This document shows, in pieces, positions 62,550 to 64,000 of a DNA stretch of 64,000 nt. Source of the stretch: Candidatus Latescibacterota bacterium (GTDB lineage Bacteria > Latescibacterota > UBA2968 > SICM01); assembly GCA_965217865.1 (NCBI GenBank), contig CBDCJO010000002.1, positions 576,001 through 640,000 on the forward strand, in the 5' to 3' direction. A program made the position numbers and the translations under genes. How positions within the stretch are numbered: position 1 is the stretch's first letter; every line of letters begins with the position of its first letter. The notes under the pieces were generated by a model. The model worked only from the letters and a program-made list of their open reading frames with translations. It ran no database searches and was not told where the DNA came from.

Positions 62550-64000
62550 TTAAGAGAAGTAATCAAGAATGGCCTTCGCGATAACGGCTTCGGAGGTGGG
62601 ATCCATTACATCCACCACCGGCTTGCCAAGTTTTTCTTCTAGAGCGGATAGCCTCTCCTTCTTTTCTGCGGGAGACAACAAAACCTCACGGTCAAGCAAT
62701 CTTCTTTTGCCGTCAGATTTCACGACCCTTTCCCAGGGCGTCATGGCAAACAGTATCGTAGGTGCATTACAAATAATCCTCACTGCCTCGCTTACGTCTC
62801 GGATTGTGTCGACATCATCATTTCCATAGATCGTACAGATAATTGCGTCTGGCCTCACACCACATAGAAACTCAAGTGTACTCATTTCGTTGGTTCTGCT
62901 CGTTGTCGCTGAATGACGTAGAGGAATTGTCATTCCTTGCGTTCCGGTCAGAATGATTTCGGTCTCTTGAAATTGTTGCATCCCCTTGCATATGTTTGTT
63001 AAGAAATCACCCCACTGTTCTCGAGCCAGTGATACAGTACTCATGTAACCATAAGGAAACGAGAAAGTTGCGCCTAATAGGATACCGTACGGTTCCGTTG
63101 CCAGGTGTTGCACGGCGTACCCATGTTTTTCTAGTATTGATCTAATAATCACTTGAGTAGTAAACTTTCCCTGTTTATTTCCTGTGCCGACGACGGCCAG
63201 AACTGGGATTCTTACTTTCGGGAGAAATCGCAACGACGTCGTCAATTCGAAAGTATTCTCATCTATTCCTGGAAAATTCACATCCCCATGGTATGATTGC
63301 GTCTCTCTCGCATTATCAACATCGTTTAGTATTGTCTTGTCGAAAATTAGGAGATTCAGATTTCGGCGCAGTGCTTCCTTCAATAGTGACTCTCCGAACT
63401 TTATGTTACCTTCGAAAATATTACTCTTGAAATATCCAGTTAAAAGGGTATCCACAGCCTCGAGATTTACCTCTGACATGTTGCGCTTTGTTTGTACCAA
63501 TTCGCTATTCCCCTTGTCGCGCGCTCTATTGGTGGAAAAGGGATAGTCGATACATTCGGTAATTGGGCACTTACAATATTCGCGCAATGAAAAAATAGTT
63601 CTTGACTCCTTTTCGCTCAGGGGAAAAAGCCCTATTCGTCCTAGCTTTATGGTACGTAGGTAGTTGTAGAACAAGCGTTTGATTACAACACTCGTACGTT
63701 CAGGCCCAACATGCGGTAGCGTCGTCGTAACGGCCGAGCGCAGGTCATGCAGTGGTTTTGCCCTCTGATCGGCGCGCTCAACTAGACGTTCTGCGATTTC
63801 GTCTACGTTGCTCAAGTTGGAGTTGGTCATCAGCTGGGTGATAATCCCAGTCATGTGCGAACAAGCAAAACTTGATCCGGCCGAAACTCTATATTCGGAG
63901 TTTCTCCAGATTACTCTTTGAAGAGTACCTTTTGCTATGAACTGAATAGGAGAGCCGGGCAAATGTCCGTGGGACTTTTTGTTAGGGACGTACCCAGCGC
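62550..64000 (-). CDS. S8 peptidase-like C-terminal region fused to a DUF1611-like P-loop domain; frame open to the window edge
   Basis: AGSSFACSHMTG (subtilase GTSxAxPHVxG-like), then AVVGTGNKQGKFT, ATEP.G, GTQG, L.G.RPD. Confidence 0.65.
   Translation of the reverse strand, partial: AGYVPNKKSHGHLPGSPIQFIAKGTLQRVIWRNSEYRVSAGSSFACSHMTGIITQLMTNSNLSNVDEIAERLVERADQRAKPLHDLRSAVTTTLPHVGPERTSVVIKRLFYNYLRTIKLGRIGLFPLSEKESRTIFSLREYCKCPITECIDYPFSTNRARDKGNSELVQTKRNMSEVNLEAVDTLLTGYFKSNIFEGNIKFGESLLKEALRRNLNLLIFDKTILNDVDNARETQSYHGDVNFPGIDENTFELTTSLRFLPKVRIPVLAVVGTGNKQGKFTTQVIIRSILEKHGYAVQHLATEPYGILLGATFSFPYGYMSTVSLAREQWGDFLTNICKGMQQFQETEIILTGTQGMTIPLRHSATTSRTNEMSTLEFLCGVRPDAIICTIYGNDDVDTIRDVSEAVRIICNAPTILFAMTPWERVVKSDGKRRLLDREVLLSPAEKKERLSALEEKLGKPVVDVMDPTSEAVIAKAILDYFS

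Overview
Bacterial accessory/defence region that is highly mosaic: many genes are truncated at abrupt junctions or frameshifted, so part of it may be decayed DNA or assembly chimera. The centrepiece (30.3-47.5 kb, all minus strand) is a composite CRISPR-Cas locus. It has a complete type I-G (I-U) interference module (cas3, cas8u1/csx17, cas7/csb1, cas5-6/csb2), then a PIN toxin-antitoxin pair, then a minimal type III-A-like module (489-aa Cas10 with no HD domain but an intact GGDD, csm2, csm3 with an in-frame TAG, csm4, no csm5, and a CARF-HEPN effector). These are followed by cas2, a frameshifted cas4-cas1 and one 12-repeat array. The left arm holds a Z1/DUF4420 remnant, an IS1595, a tRNA-Pro 3' half, ABC permeases, a 1333-aa nuclease-STAND NTPase, RM remnants, an E2 / JAB-E1 / AAA-ATPase / PIN operon and a TIR protein. 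The right arm holds relaxase and IS remnants, a Csx1 remnant, HEPN proteins, a Gly-rich three-gene operon, and the end of a RiPP-like cluster (S8-DUF1611, ACP, UPF0489 arginase-like, ThiF-like/halogenase fusion). All calls come from motif recognition by eye; no searches were run.
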